Source of the DNA: Stegostoma tigrinum
Taxonomy: Eukaryota
Reading direction: 5' to 3'
Length of the DNA: 64,000 bases
Assembly: GCF_030684315.1 (NCBI RefSeq)
Contig: NC_081355.1
Coordinates: 67,232,924-67,296,923 of the forward strand
This document shows, piece by piece, positions 12,190-24,297 of the stretch (positions are counted from its first letter, which is position 1; each line of letters opens with the position of its first letter). A program made the position numbers and the translations under genes. Below the pieces are notes generated by a model. That model saw only the letters and a list, made by a program, of their open reading frames with translations. It was not told where the DNA came from and searched no databases.

Positions 12190-12549
12190 CTATCTGCAAA
12201 TGTCAGAGGTAGCTGAGGATATCATGGGATTCCTTTGCTCAGCAATGTCAGCTCCTTCAGGAAGATCATGTCCTCATGAACTTGTGGCAATCTGATAGCT
12301 GGAGCTTTAAAAGACACAATGGCACTGAATTCTGTGCCACTGGATTTTTCTTGTGGAGGCACGTGTGGCATCTCCAAGGCAGTCACTCTCAAATGCTAAT
12401 ATCTCACTAATACGTTGTTCATGAGAAACATTGAAAATAAAAGCCAGAGTAGGCCATTCAGCCCTTCAAGCCTGCTCTGTAATTCATTTTTGTCATGGCT
12501 GATTATCCAACTCACTAGCCTGTTATTGCTTTTCCCCAAATCCTTTCAC
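12190..12549 (-). repeat. Right arm of old inverted duplication (partner 10434-10810)
   Basis: Shared blocks GCACAGAATTCA.TG.CATTGTG, GGACATG.T.TTCCTGAAGGAG.TGACAT, GAATCCCATGA.ATCCTCAGCT. Confidence 0.8.
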
Positions 12550-13593
12550 ACTGATGTTGGAAATTTGACCTTTGCTTTTTGATGCAATAAAATATATTAA
12601 ACACATTTTCCATTCCTGGCAGCAGCACTGGTTTCAGCCAGAGTTTTTTGTTTCCCTAGGTTGCATAAGTATCATTTACTTCTGGGCTGTTGTCAAGTGG
12701 CTATTATTTATGCATATATCTGGCATTTATCATATTGTCACATTGCTAGGGAGGAGACATTACAATAATTCCTAACCCTACCCTTGCGTAATGTCTGCAT
12801 GCATGCACATCCAGTTGAAGCCATTGGATCACTAGCAGTAGGAAAAGTGTTTTTGTCCCCTCATTGAATGTGTTTAGGACCTCTAATTTAGTATTTCAAA
12901 CATGGGTTGGGTGTACAGTTCAAGTATTTATTGGAGGAAATAAAATGTAACTGAATTTTTAAATGGCTGTTTTTAATAGCTCCTAGAATTGAAACAATGA
13001 CAAAGGAGGCTACAGTGTTAATTGGACTTCTGCAGCCAGTGCCCCTGAGTTTGAGAGAATATAACGTAATCACACATGTCATTTGCCTTTGGCTGGTGTC
13101 CAAACTTCAGATTTCATACCTGCCCTTTTGAAGAATTACTGGTTCGGAATCTTTATGCTCACTGCCAGCCAGACATTATATTCCTAACTTCATTTGGAAA
13201 ATTGTTCAGCCAGATTCAATTGAATTTGGATTTAAATAATTATGTAATGTGAAAAGTAAATAGATTACGTCTATTTAAAACAGTTCAAACAAATGAATTA
13301 CATGTGCGTTGTTGAAATTTTCTTCAATTTAAGTTAAAAATCCTAGCTACTGGGAATTAATCTGTGTAAAGGGTGAGCAGGATTTAGAATTTGCACAAGT
13401 AAAATCACCAGATGACTAGGTAAACAACATTGAAAAATGATGACCTGGTGATTCACTGGTTTTTCTTTGTCATGTGGAATAGAATGTGCAATGGCTTCAT
13501 TATATTTATGCAAGTCAACAATTAATTGGCCAACATGCAAAATCCTGTTGCTTAAAGCTGTCTGTTTATTAAAAATAGACATAACTAGACATT

Positions 13594-13686
13594 TCTGAAG
13601 AAGGATCTGGTACCAAAATGTCAGCTTACTTGCTCCTCTGATGCTGCTTGCTTGCTGTGTTCATCCAGCTCTACACCATGTAATCT
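13594..13686 (+). mobile_element. Short PLE-terminus (degenerate hammerhead) insertion with 8-bp TSD
   Basis: TCTGAAGAAGGATCTGGTACCAAAATGTCAGC...TGTTCATCCAGCT; TSD TAGACATT at 13586-13593 and 13687-13694. Confidence 0.8.
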
Positions 13687-14254
13687 TAGACATTAATTAT
13701 GTTCTGGGTAAAAGATAGGGACTTCTTAAAACTGCACTATTTTAACAGAAATTAATTGCAATTCAAAGTTATGAAGATTTAAATCATTGCTGTTTTTCGT
13801 AAGATTTCATGGAAGAAGGGACGTTAAAAAGATTGGATTGCACCAACAGTAGATTGGTGTAGGCAATCATGACCAATAGGGAGGCCTAAGCATAATGACA
13901 GTGCTGCTATAACTAATAATCCGGGACTTCAAGCTTATGGGTTTGAATCCCACCTTGACAATAGCCTTTTAAATATGACAACAATGACTGTCTGTCCTAG
14001 GATATCTGGCCAATGATTAGAATGGTACAATCCAGCTAGCATCAGGTGAGATAGGTGCCTTACGAGGGAATAGGTAGTTAATGGGGCAAGTTTAGATGAT
14101 TGCATAAGAAAGTGCACCAGGCCTCGCTGAGAGAAAACCTCCAGGAAACTTGATGAAAGTGACACATCCAAAATATGACATTGATCAGGGCTACCACATA
14201 TAATAGGTTTTAAGCGAGTACTTAGGCAGCGAACATAAATTGTGAAAAACACAT

Positions 14255-14466
14255 TTCACTGACCAATCCCCACCAATTCCGACCTGCATCCGCCTATCAC
14301 GATCCCACCTACCTTTCCCAAGCCCCACCCCTCCTCCCTTTATTAATTTCCCAGCTCCCTTCCCCGTCCCCATTTCTGAAGAAGTGTCCCAACCAAAACG
14401 TCAACTTTCCTGCTCCTCTGGTGTTGCCTGGCCTGCTGTGTTCCTCCAGCTCCACACTGTGTTGAC
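14255..14466 (+). mobile_element. PLE 3' terminus, intermediate-age subfamily
   Basis: C-rich 3' UTR then CTGAAGAAGTGTCCCAACCAAAACGTCAACTTTCCTGCTCC. Confidence 0.8.
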
Positions 14467-14584
14467 AATGATAATGGTGTAAGGCAGAGATGACAACACT
14501 GAGAAAATAGCAGAAACAAGAAATGAGTTTAGCTAAGCTGAAAATGCCATTAGCAGCAACTACTGTAGAAAGAAAGTGAAAAAA

Positions 14585-14680
14585 GCAAGATATGAAATTG
14601 TTGAATTTACTGTTCAGACCAGAAAGTTGTAAAATGCCTAACTGAAAGATAAGTTGCTATTCCTGGAGCTTCCTATGAAA
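14585..14680 (-). mobile_element. Ancient PLE fragment (GIY-YIG C-terminus)
   Basis: Minus strand reads KLQE*QLIFQLGILQLSGLNSKFNNF, like LQEQQLIFRLGTLQPSGINVDF in young copies. Confidence 0.65.
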
Positions 14681-15086
14681 TTAATTAGGAAAATGTAATA
14701 GGTGAAAGAGAGAAAGGTCAGAGCAGGACAGGCATGATGAATGACAAGTGACTGACTGAGAATTTGCAATTTGAAGTGTTCCTAGTTGATCAGTGAGCAC
14801 TGGACAAATAAGTATATAGGGCCTGATATGAGATGGGGTAGGAGTTTGAGATAAGCCTATGTTTATGAAGAGTGAAAGTAGGGAGGTTGGCAAGAAAATG
14901 TTTAGAATTTAAGAGTGTAAAAGTAGTAAAATTATAGATAAAGATTTCAGGAGTAAATTAGCTGATGCAGGGTGAACTGCAATATTTTGAGATAGGTAAG
15001 CTAAATGATCGAGAGGATATGTGGTCTGAAATCCAACCTAAGTTCAAACAGATTTAGGGATGCAAGTGGTTTGCTTCAACCTGAAG

Positions 15087-15311
15087 TATGGAGCTGGATG
15101 AACACAGCAGGCCAAGCAGCATCTTAGGAGCAGGAAAGCTGACGTTTCGGGCCTAGACCCTTCATCAGAAATTCTTCATCATTTCTGATGAAGGGTTTAG
15201 GTCCGAAACATCAGCTTTCCTGCTCCTACAATGCTGCTTGGCCTACTGTGTTCATCCAGCTCCACATCTTGTTATCTCGGATTCTCTGGCATCTGCAGTT
15301 CCCATTATCTC
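15087..15311 (+). mobile_element. PLE-terminus fold-back insertion (arms ~15089-15172 / 15181-15265) + tail
   Basis: Inverted hammerhead-bearing arms with 8-nt spacer, followed by tail GGATTCTCTGGCATCTGCAGTTCCCATTATCTC; no clear long TSD. Confidence 0.9.
15141..15168 (-). ncRNA. Minimal hammerhead ribozyme motif (partner on + at 15185-15212)
   Basis: Intact CTGATGA/GAAA core, stem II and GTC site. Confidence 0.72.
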
Positions 15312-15484
15312 AGAAGTGGATGGACTTGGGGTCCAGAGAGTGGGAGTTTGTTGAGGGTACTTAAACAATTGCTTTGGTTTTCCCAACATTTGATTGGAAC
15401 AGATTTCTGCTCAGGCGAAACAGGATGCTGGACAAGCAGTGTGATAAATCAGAAGCAGTGGAGTGATCAGCAGTGGTGATAGTG

Positions 15485-15590
15485 CAACAAACACACAAAT
15501 GCTGGAGAAGCCCAGCAGGTTTGGCAGCCCTGGCCGAGGGAAAAACTGAGTCAACATTTCAAGTCCTATATGATTCTTCTTCAGAACTGG
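15485..15590 (-). mobile_element. Old PLE-terminus/hammerhead fragment
   Basis: Minus: CAGTTCTGAAGAAGAATCATATAGGACTTGAAATGTTGACTC...CTGCCAAACCTGCTGGGCTTCTCCAGC. Confidence 0.7.
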
Positions 15591-16159
15591 TGATAATATA
15601 GCATTTGACAGCCTGGTGTCATCAGTCCACATGTGGAACCCAATGTTGTGATTTCAGATAATATTATCAAAGATGGGAAATTAAGGGGCTAAGCTTTTAT
15701 CATTATGGGAACTTCAGAAGTGTTGGTTCAGGAGTAAGGAGAGAAATCCCCTTTGATCATGATTGTCTGGAGATGGCTGGATAAATAATGGTTGAACCAG
15801 GCAAAATTAGTTTCACTCCTAAAGTAGCAACATAGGGCTTGATGTCTAAGAGTATATCATCTTTGCAATATGGGATATTGTTTACAAAATATACTGAAGT
15901 GAAAGGATGTCATTAATTGCTTCCCTTAAGTGAATAAGTAAAATAAATCATTTGCAGTCATAATCTGAAATTGAGATTGGTAAAAGGACCCATTCCAAGT
16001 AAAAAAAAGATGTTTTCCCAAACTGGACAGAAATTAAGCTTTCCATTAAAAAAATTACAAAAGAAATGACACAATAAAAACAGCCATTGGCAGTTGATCC
16101 ATGTTCAGATATCAGTCTGTGACACCAGCTGACTGGGTAGAGGCTCTTTTTCTCCTATC

Positions 16160-16281
16160 CCAGTTCTGAGGAAGGGTCATTCAACCTGAAACCTTAACTG
16201 TGATATTTCTCCATAGGTGCCTACAGATCTGCTGAGCTTTTTCAGCAATTTCTGTTCATGTTGCTACTTTACAATATCCGC
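16160..16281 (+). mobile_element. Old PLE-terminus/hammerhead fragment with tail
   Basis: CAGTTCTGAGGAAGGGTCATTCAACCTGAAACCTTAACTG...; possible TSD GGCTCTTT on both sides. Confidence 0.72.
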
Positions 16282-16899
16282 AGTTCTTCCAGTTTTTGTT
16301 TCGGCTCTTTACCCTGTACTATTCTCTGAAGTCCTTCATCTGTCTTTATCCTTCCTTCTCATGCATCAAAACCACTAAAGCTTTGGTCGCATTACTGATT
16401 ACTGCCTGTGCATGATTAATCTGGAACTCTAATTGGCTCATCGGTACATGGTCAGTTCCTGGTCAATCTTGGATTGATAAGGCAGATAATTTCTATTCAA
16501 TCTGTTCAGTGATATTGTTACACATCTCTGGAGCCAGTGGGACTTACATCCAAGCCTTCTGGGTCAGAGGTAGGGAAACCATAACTAAACCGCAAGAGTT
16601 CTTTTGGAATTGCTAGATTGTTTGTGCCTAATTTGTGACTGGTTTCTTCAAATGTAATGATTGGCTTGCTAGCATAATGTCCAACAATCTCAGTTATTCT
16701 TTAACATGCAAATAATTTCAAAAGATTGTCCATTTTATAACAGTTTGTCCCTCATATCTTACCTTTTCCAAAGGTCTTAGGACATAGGTGAACTTTTAAT
16801 GCATCTGCTAAACTATGTAGTAACTCTTCCTAGTGATTAACTAACATCCCAAATATCCCAGTCAGGAGATCGGAATATTCATCAAAATACGTCCAAATC

Positions 16900-18200
16900 T
16901 TTTAACTAGTTAATCTGACATTGATGGTAGGGAAATTATTGGAAAAATTTCTGAAGGACAGGATTAATCAATAGTTGCATAACCAGAGACTGATCAAGAG
17001 TAGTTAACATAGAGTAGTAGTTAGATTGATTAATTGACTAATTTAGTTGAGTTTTTTGGAAAGGTGATGAAATATGTTGATGAGGGTAGTGCAGTTGGTG
17101 TAGTTTACAGAGACATTTCTCAGACCTTTGACAAGGTATCCACGTGGCAGAATGATCTATGAAGTAACTGCCAATGGGATCCAAGGCAAGCTGACAAACT
17201 AGATCTCAAGTTGGTTTGCAAATAAGAGGCAAAGTGTGATGGTGGAGGGTTGCTTTTATGATTCAAAGCCCATGACAAGTGGTGTGCTACAGGGTTCAGT
17301 GCTGGGACCTTTGCTGTTTGTTATGTCCGTTAGAGACTTGGATGTGAATGAGGAAGGTATAATTATGCTTGCAGATGATACAAAAGTATTAGTAGTAGTC
17401 AGAGGCAATGATCTGATATTGATCAGCTGGTAAATTGGGCAGAGCAATGGCAGTCAAAATTTAATCCTGGTAAGTATGAGGTGAGGCAATTTTGGGAGTT
17501 TAATAAGTGAAGAATATATACAATGAATGGTAGGTCCCTAGGAAGTACTGAGGAACAGAGGGACCTTTGTGTACAAACCCTGAAGTTGTCAGCACAGGTA
17601 GACAGGGTGGTGAAGAAGGTATATGGGATGCTTGCCTTCATCAGCCCGGCCATAGAATGTAGCAGCAAGAAAGTCTTGTGACAAGTTTATGAAATGTTTG
17701 TTCAGCCTCTTATGGAATACTTTGTGCCATTCTGGTGCCCATATTATTGAAAGGATGTGATTATACTGGAGAGGGTGCAAAGGAGTTTCCCCAGGAGGTT
17801 GCTTGGGATGAAAAAGCTCGGTCAAGAGGAGCGGCTGGATCAGTTGTGTTTGTTTTCCTTGAAAGAGAGAAGGCTGAGGGTGAATTTGATTGAGGTACAC
17901 AAAATTATGACAGGTATGAACAAAGCAGATTGTGAGAATCCCTTCCCCATAGCAGACATGCCTAAGACCAGAGCACATAGCATAATGTGAGGAACAAATG
18001 CAGTATAGTGCCCAAGGGGAGGTGGAGGCAGATATTCTTACAACATTGAAGAAGCATCTGTTTGAGTATATTCTAAATGGCAGGGCATTGTCAGCTCTGG
18101 ATCAAGTTCAGGTAAATGGGATAAATGGAGTTTGGTATTTGTTGTCAGCATAGACATGGTGGGCTGAAGGGCCTGTTTCTCTGCTTAATGACTCTTTGAC
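16900..18200 (+). mobile_element. Decayed CR1 RT and 3' UTR
   Basis: SGVLQGSVLGPLLF, LADDTK, LERVQRSF motifs with frameshifts and stops. Confidence 0.9.
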
Positions 18201-19499
18201 AGGAACTATGTCTGACTACACATTGACTTTTAGTGCCCAAAACAAATTAAAACAAATTAAAATAAAATATAAACACAAAAAATAATACTCTAGGCCTGAT
18301 ATTTACTGTAAATTACAAACTGGAACCATTTGAAAATAGATATTCTTTGGATAAAAACATGCTTTGCTGAAAACATTCTCACATATGTTACTCTAATGTG
18401 CATTAGCCTGAGCCGTAAGACAAATTAGTTATAAACCAATGCCTTTTCTTTTGACCAAGACATTTGTCTTCTTCTTTGCTGAAACTGTTCACCAAATAAC
18501 GATAATTATACAGAAGTTAATATAATCCCAACTTACTTAATCACATTAATATGATTAAATGTCAAAAATAACTCAGTTTTACAGCGGATATCATTTGGAA
18601 GAAGCAGTATTTAATGCTCCATTGAATGGCCTCTGCTCAAGTATTGTATCTTCACACTACATGCAGAAATATATGTAAATTTGCAAACACAACCATCTTT
18701 ATCTAAAAATTAAGAGTTGCCTTTTTATCAGAGCAACACATTTTCTGAAACAACTCCACCTTCTCAGTCTACAAAGTCAACAAAAAAATGAAGATTAATA
18801 TTAATCTGTTAGTTTTACTTTAGGGCTCAAAGACGACTACATAATATCAAAGCTGAATTTAATACATTCTAGCCCAATTTTTCTTTTAATTGAGATGATG
18901 TTACGCCATCGTGCAACCAAAAGGGATTGACCCCTTTGAACTTATGGAGTAATGAATCTCATTTGACACTTGAAATATTGTGTACTAATCTTTGATAAAC
19001 AGTTCTAAAACTGGTAATAAAATTGAATGATTAAAATAAATCATAGAAATGAATGCCATCATTTGGAACAGAGAGGCAATATATTTTAAAAGGCTAAGAA
19101 ATTTCTTTTGCAGAGCCATTCAATAAAGCTAGGCAAGTTCCAGCAATTACTATAAATTTGACATTTTTAAAATGGCAGGCAAGTATTTTGTCTCTGATAA
19201 ACTAAAGGTGCTGGATCCTGCAGAAGTACATCTCTATGGATGTCAGTGGTGCTCCAGTACCTTTTCCATATGAATATTAATGATATATGTCACTGAGTAT
19301 TACTGGGCTTTTCACCAACACAGCTGAGCCTGATCCTATCCTTACATGACAAGATCTACGTACACTCTCCGAGGGTGTGAGACAGAATCAGTAACACGGA
19401 CTCATTTTACATACATATTTCTCTCCCAGCCCAAGGACGTTGATACCAGTTGTAGCCCAGGTAGAATTAATTTAGCATAGACCAAACACAGAACATACA

Positions 19500-19636
19500 A
19501 TAAAAACTGAAAGAGCGGCGGATATTTTAAATCAGAAACAAAAACGGAAATTGCTGGAAAAGCTCAGCAAGTCTGGCAGCATCTGTAGAGAGAATTCAGT
19601 CTTAATTTTTTGGGTCAAGTGACACTTCCTTAGAAT
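19500..19636 (-). mobile_element. Old PLE-terminus fragment with tail
   Basis: GAAATTGCTGGAAAAGCTCAGCAAGTCTGGCAGCATCTG...GGGTCAAGTGACACTTCCTTAGAA. Confidence 0.7.
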
Positions 19637-19849
19637 ATATGACCTCAGATTAGCTCAGTCATTAGGAGACATAATAATTTGCGTAGAACTATAGGACAAA
19701 ATTGGAATTTTAATCCTTAATTCTATATTGGATAAATATACATAGTCTTATGAGTTATCATTTGGAAAAAATGTGTTTCTCAATGACTGTCATGCTTTAT
19801 CAAACTTAGACAATTTAATGTTTGCTACTTCAATTGCTCTCAATCCCCA

Positions 19850-20655
19850 CATGTAGCAAGCCCCAGACAATATCAGACTTGAGCTCATAACTGGAAAGTG
19901 TAAACTGTGCTGCACAAAAAGCAATTAATGACCATTGCCAACAAGAGAGAACCTACCCATCCTCCTTTAACATTGACTTTCATAACTATTGCTAAATTCT
20001 CTCATCATTAAAATCCTATGTGCCTTATTAACCAGAAAATTAAACTGCACCAGCCACAAAGAAGTGGAGGATACAATATCAGTTCAGAGGCTGGGAATTC
20101 ACCATGGAGTGAATGATTTTCTAACTTACCAAACCATGTCCATCATCTTCAAGACATGAATAAGGAGTATGATGGAATATTCTCCAAATGTCTGCAATAT
20201 TGCAGCTTCAACAACACTTCAGAATCTTGACACCATCTAAATCAAAACATTCCATTTATTGGCAGCCCATCCACTGCCTTGAATTTCACTTCTTCTACCA
20301 TTGGAATTTTTTTTTAATATAGTGGCAGCAGTATGCACCATCTACAAGATAAACTGTGTCAATTTGCAAAGGATCTTTCAATAGCATCTCCAAAACCTAA
20401 GGCTCCTTGTTGGCTGGAAGGAGAAGGACAGCAGATGCATGGGAACACCACAACATATAAGCTCCTCTCCAATCATGACTTGAAAATAAGTTGCCTTTGC
20501 TTCACTATAGTTCAGTCAAATCTTGGAACTCTCCCTTAAAAAAAAAAGCCATTGTCACAAAAACTGCAGTAGTACAAAAGGCAACAGGGCATCTAAGAGT
20601 GGGCACAAATATTGACTTTGCCAGATACAACTATACTCAATGTATGACTAAAAGA
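19850..20655 (+). mobile_element. Decayed L2/CR1-superfamily LINE 3' portion
   Basis: Collinear with 20990-22078; AGGAGTATGATGGAATATTCTCC (RSxMEYS) remnant. Confidence 0.65.
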
Positions 20656-20799
20656 AAATCCCTGTGAGCAAGATAATTTATTTGCCTGTATCTTAGTAAG
20701 GTGGGACTAGAACAGTGGTTATTAATGTGACCTAGATGAAAACCATCTTAGCTCCTGTACTCATTACAGCCTTGATTCAAACACAGACAAAAGACCTGC

Positions 20800-22078
20800 A
20801 CTTCAGAAGTGGGGTAAGAGTGAAAAACTTGATGTCGAGGCCACATTTGACCAACAGTGACATCAACGAGCCCTAGCAAAACTGAAATAATTGGGTGTCA
20901 GGGGACAAACTCTCCACTGGTGGAGTCATAGCTGGCACTTAGGAAGAAGGTTGTGGTTGTTGGAGGTCAGTCATTTCAGCTCCAGGACAAGATCTGGACA
21001 ATACCCAGGTTTCAATTAACAAGTGGCAAATAATAACCACATGACACAAATACCATCTCCAATGAGAGACAATCTAAACATGGGCCTTCGCCATTCAGTG
21101 TGTTACCATCATTGAATCCCACTCTGTCAACATCCTGGGGATTATCATTGATCAGATTATCATTGGCTACATAAACAGTGGCTACAAGAGCAGGTCAGAG
21201 GTTAGGAATACTTCAGTAAGTCATCTCCTGACACCCAAATGTTTGACCACCATTTTACTCCCTATTTGCCAAATGAGTGAATTCCAACAACACTGGAAAA
21301 GCTTGATGCCCTCCAGGGCAAAGCAGCCTGCTTTACTGGCACCACATCTACAATCAGCCACTCTCTCCACTACTAGAGTGGCAGCAGCAGGTATCACAGA
21401 AATTCACCAGCACCTCCAAATCCATGAACACTTCCACCTAGAAGGGCAAGACATGCAGGTACATGGGAGCATCACCACCTGCCAGTACCTTTCGAAACCA
21501 TTCACGATCCTGACTTGGAAATATAGCAAACTTTTCATTACCTGGCACGTATGGGACGAGGAGTGTACTAGTTGATCAAATACTTTGAATAATCGAAACA
21601 TCCACATAATCAATGGAAAAATGCACACTAAATAATAGAAACATAATGCAGAGGATATGCACATTACTGTTATATTTTACTTATCGCACAAATCACTGAA
21701 ATAGTGATGCAACTTTGCCTTAAATAAAACTTACCAGTAGACAGCTTTCTCGCTTACACCCCCAAGTAATGCTTTGGACATTATGGAAGCCACAATAATG
21801 CAGTAAACCTCTGGTATTTCAAATATATAATTTTTGCCAGTTTAGCAAGAGTGCTGTTTCATTAGGTGCCACTTAAAACAAAGTTTGCTGTATATAGCCT
21901 ATGCTGTTGCTGTCAAAATCCTGGATTCCATTTCTAATCGCATTGTTGGTCAACCTACAGCACGCGGGCTGCAATGGTTCAAGAAGGCAGCTCACCACCA
22001 CATTCTCAAGGGCAACAAGGGAATGGACATTGAATACTAACCAGCCGGTGATGCCCATGTTCTACTAGTGAATAAAAA
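20800..22078 (+). mobile_element. L2/CR1-superfamily LINE 3' portion, interrupted by a MITE at 21524-21890
   Basis: LDVEATFDQ-like RT remnant, ATRAGQRLGIL, and 3' tail AAGAAGGCAGCTCACCACCAC...GCCCATG...GAATAAAAA. Confidence 0.72.
21524..21890. mobile_element. Non-autonomous Tc1/mariner (Tigger/pogo-like) MITE
   Basis: Imperfect ~25-bp TIRs (C/T)AGCAAACTT...TGGCAC, flanked by TA, splitting the host LINE at GGAAATA|TA. Confidence 0.7.
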
Positions 22079-22339
22079 GGTAGGTGATATTTCCATCATG
22101 AAATTGCTACTAGATTTGTTCAATAAATTAGAAAAGTGTGTAACAATACAATGTCTGTACATTTTCCAGTTGCTATATTTTCCAGCTTGAAAACTAAAAG
22201 AAGGGCTTTTAATTTATACACTACCTTACATGACCACTGGATATTGCAAAGTATGTTACAACCAATGAAGCGATTTTGACGTGAGGTCACTATTGTAACA
22301 TAGGAAATGACACTGCTTATTTATACACTGCAAATGATG

Positions 22340-22452
22340 AAAATCTGAAGAAGAAACAGAAAATTCTGAAAATACACAGCTATGTCAGGCAGCATCTGAG
22401 AAGAGAAAGCAATTGTCATTGGTTCAGGCCAATGGTCCTTCAAAAGAACTGA
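22340..22452 (-). mobile_element. Old PLE-terminus fragment followed by purine-rich 3' UTR remnant
   Basis: AAACAGAAAATTCTGAAAATACACAGC...CAGGCAGCATCTG...CCTTCAAAAGAACTG. Confidence 0.55.
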
Positions 22453-23046
22453 CCAAAGCTATAAATAGATAATGATCAACAGAATGGTGGGAGACTGGTA
22501 AAAGGACAAAAAGAAAGCTCTCTGATCAAGCAAAATACAAGGGAGATTAAGTAACAAAAATTGATGGTCTTGGGTCAAAATGAGTGGTAAAGAAACAAAC
22601 AACGATAAAATTATCTGTCTCAAGAATATGTAAATGGTTGGATAATGAACAACGATGAAAGCAGGAACAAAGAAATAACGTGAGTAAAAACTATGTCAGT
22701 AAAGAAAAAGAAAACAGACTGAAATATTGAGCAGCACCTACTCAATAGATGAGGTATTCTTTTGAGAATAGTCCTTGAACCCAAAACCATCTAGCACAGA
22801 AGCAGAGTAAGACCAAGTGCATCACAAAATCTAAGTAGATCCTTTTAACCATGATCCTAAGGAGTTGATAATGGTGAGACATTAGCACTTGAACCACAGT
22901 GTTTTGCTAATTTGAATTTAAATACCTAACAGATTACCTTTCTTGAATCACACTGATTTCGGGGGAATTTTTAAATCACAATCAGCACAAGAATAATTTC
23001 ATGTTTTCATTAAATTATATTTCATAACATTAACAGTGGAATAGGG

Positions 23047-23629
23047 AACAGCAACTCATATTCCGCCTGGGGCACTGCCACAATGATGCCACCCGAAGGT
23101 TGCAGGAACAGCAACTCATATTCCGCCTGGGAACCCTGCAGCCATATGGTATCAATGTGGACTTCACCAGTTTCAAAATCTCCCCTTCCCCTACTGCATC
23201 CCTCAACCAGCCCAGTTCATCCCCTCCCCCCACTGCACCACACAACCAGCCCAGCTCTTCCCCCCCACCCACTGCATCCCAAAACCAGTCCAACCTGTCT
23301 CTGCCTCCCTAACCGGTTCTTCCTCTCACCCATCCCTTCCTCCCACCCCAAGCCGCACCCCCAGCTACCTACTAACCTCATCCCACCTCCTTGACCTGTC
23401 CGTCTTCCCTGGACTGACCTATCCCCTCCCTACCTCCCCACCTACACCCTCTCCACCTATCTTCTTCACTCTCCATCTTCGGTCCGCCTCCCCCTCTCTC
23501 CCTATTTATTCCAGTTCCCTCCCCCCATCCCCCTCTCTGATGAAGGGTCTAGGCCCGAAACGTCAGCTTTTGTGCTCCTGAGATGCTGCTTGGCCTGCTG
23601 TGTTCATCCAGCCTCACATTTTATTATCA
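23047..23629 (+). mobile_element. Penelope-like element 3' fragment (GIY-YIG C-terminus + 3' UTR/pLTR), 10-bp TSD
   Basis: QEQQLIFRLGTLQPYGINVDF; TSD TGGAATAGGG at 23037-23046 and 23630-23639. Confidence 0.92.
23537..23564 (+). ncRNA. Minimal hammerhead ribozyme motif
   Basis: CTGATGAAGGGTCTAGGCCCGAAACGTC. Confidence 0.75.
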
Positions 23630-24214
23630 TGGAATAGGGCATCTTGTTTTGTTCCTGGTTGAACTCAATTCATATTTAGACTAAAATGCATAGTATTATG
23701 ATAGATATAATTCATAATTTATTTACTTGGAACAGCTTGTTCCTTGGATTGTTGTTTTAATTTGTAGTATCTTTTCAAAATTGTCATTTGTTAAGATGTC
23801 AATTTGAAATGTGCTGGAAGCCAGATGATTGTATTGTGCTCTCCTAGAAACAATTTACATTATGTAGCAGGTAGGATAAAGCAAGCTTTATGTAGACGAA
23901 GCTGTGAGAAGCAGGCTCTATTTATTAAACACTTGCATTAAACCTGGTCTTGGTTCAGCCTGGCTCCCCCACCACTCCCTTCCTGACAGTATAATATGAC
24001 ATGATGAAATCAGGTCAGCAAGCTGTCATTAACATGTGAGTCTCAGCTTTTGTGGGAAATGAGTAACTGTAGGAATCAGAAGTCTGCCAACCATTTTAAA
24101 CATATTAATTAACAAGCTATTGAGCTTGCTAAACATTCAATTGTTTGAAATTTTTCATTTCCGACTCTTTTTTTTACGGGAGGCAGAATGCTTCAATCTA
24201 AGAATGATTCAAGT

Positions 24215-24297
24215 GTTGTACTGGGCTTGAAACGTTAACTCTGTTTCTCTCTCCATCGTCAGACCTGCTGAACTTCTGCAGTATTTTCTGTTTTGTG
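24215..24297 (+). mobile_element. Old PLE-terminus fragment
   Basis: GAAACGTTAACTCTGTTTCTCTCTCC...CAGACCTGCTGA. Confidence 0.6.

Noticed and set aside
18880-18970. Possible C/D snoRNA or conserved element
   Set aside because: Imperfect C box, no D box or terminal stem; conservation cannot be assessed from sequence alone.
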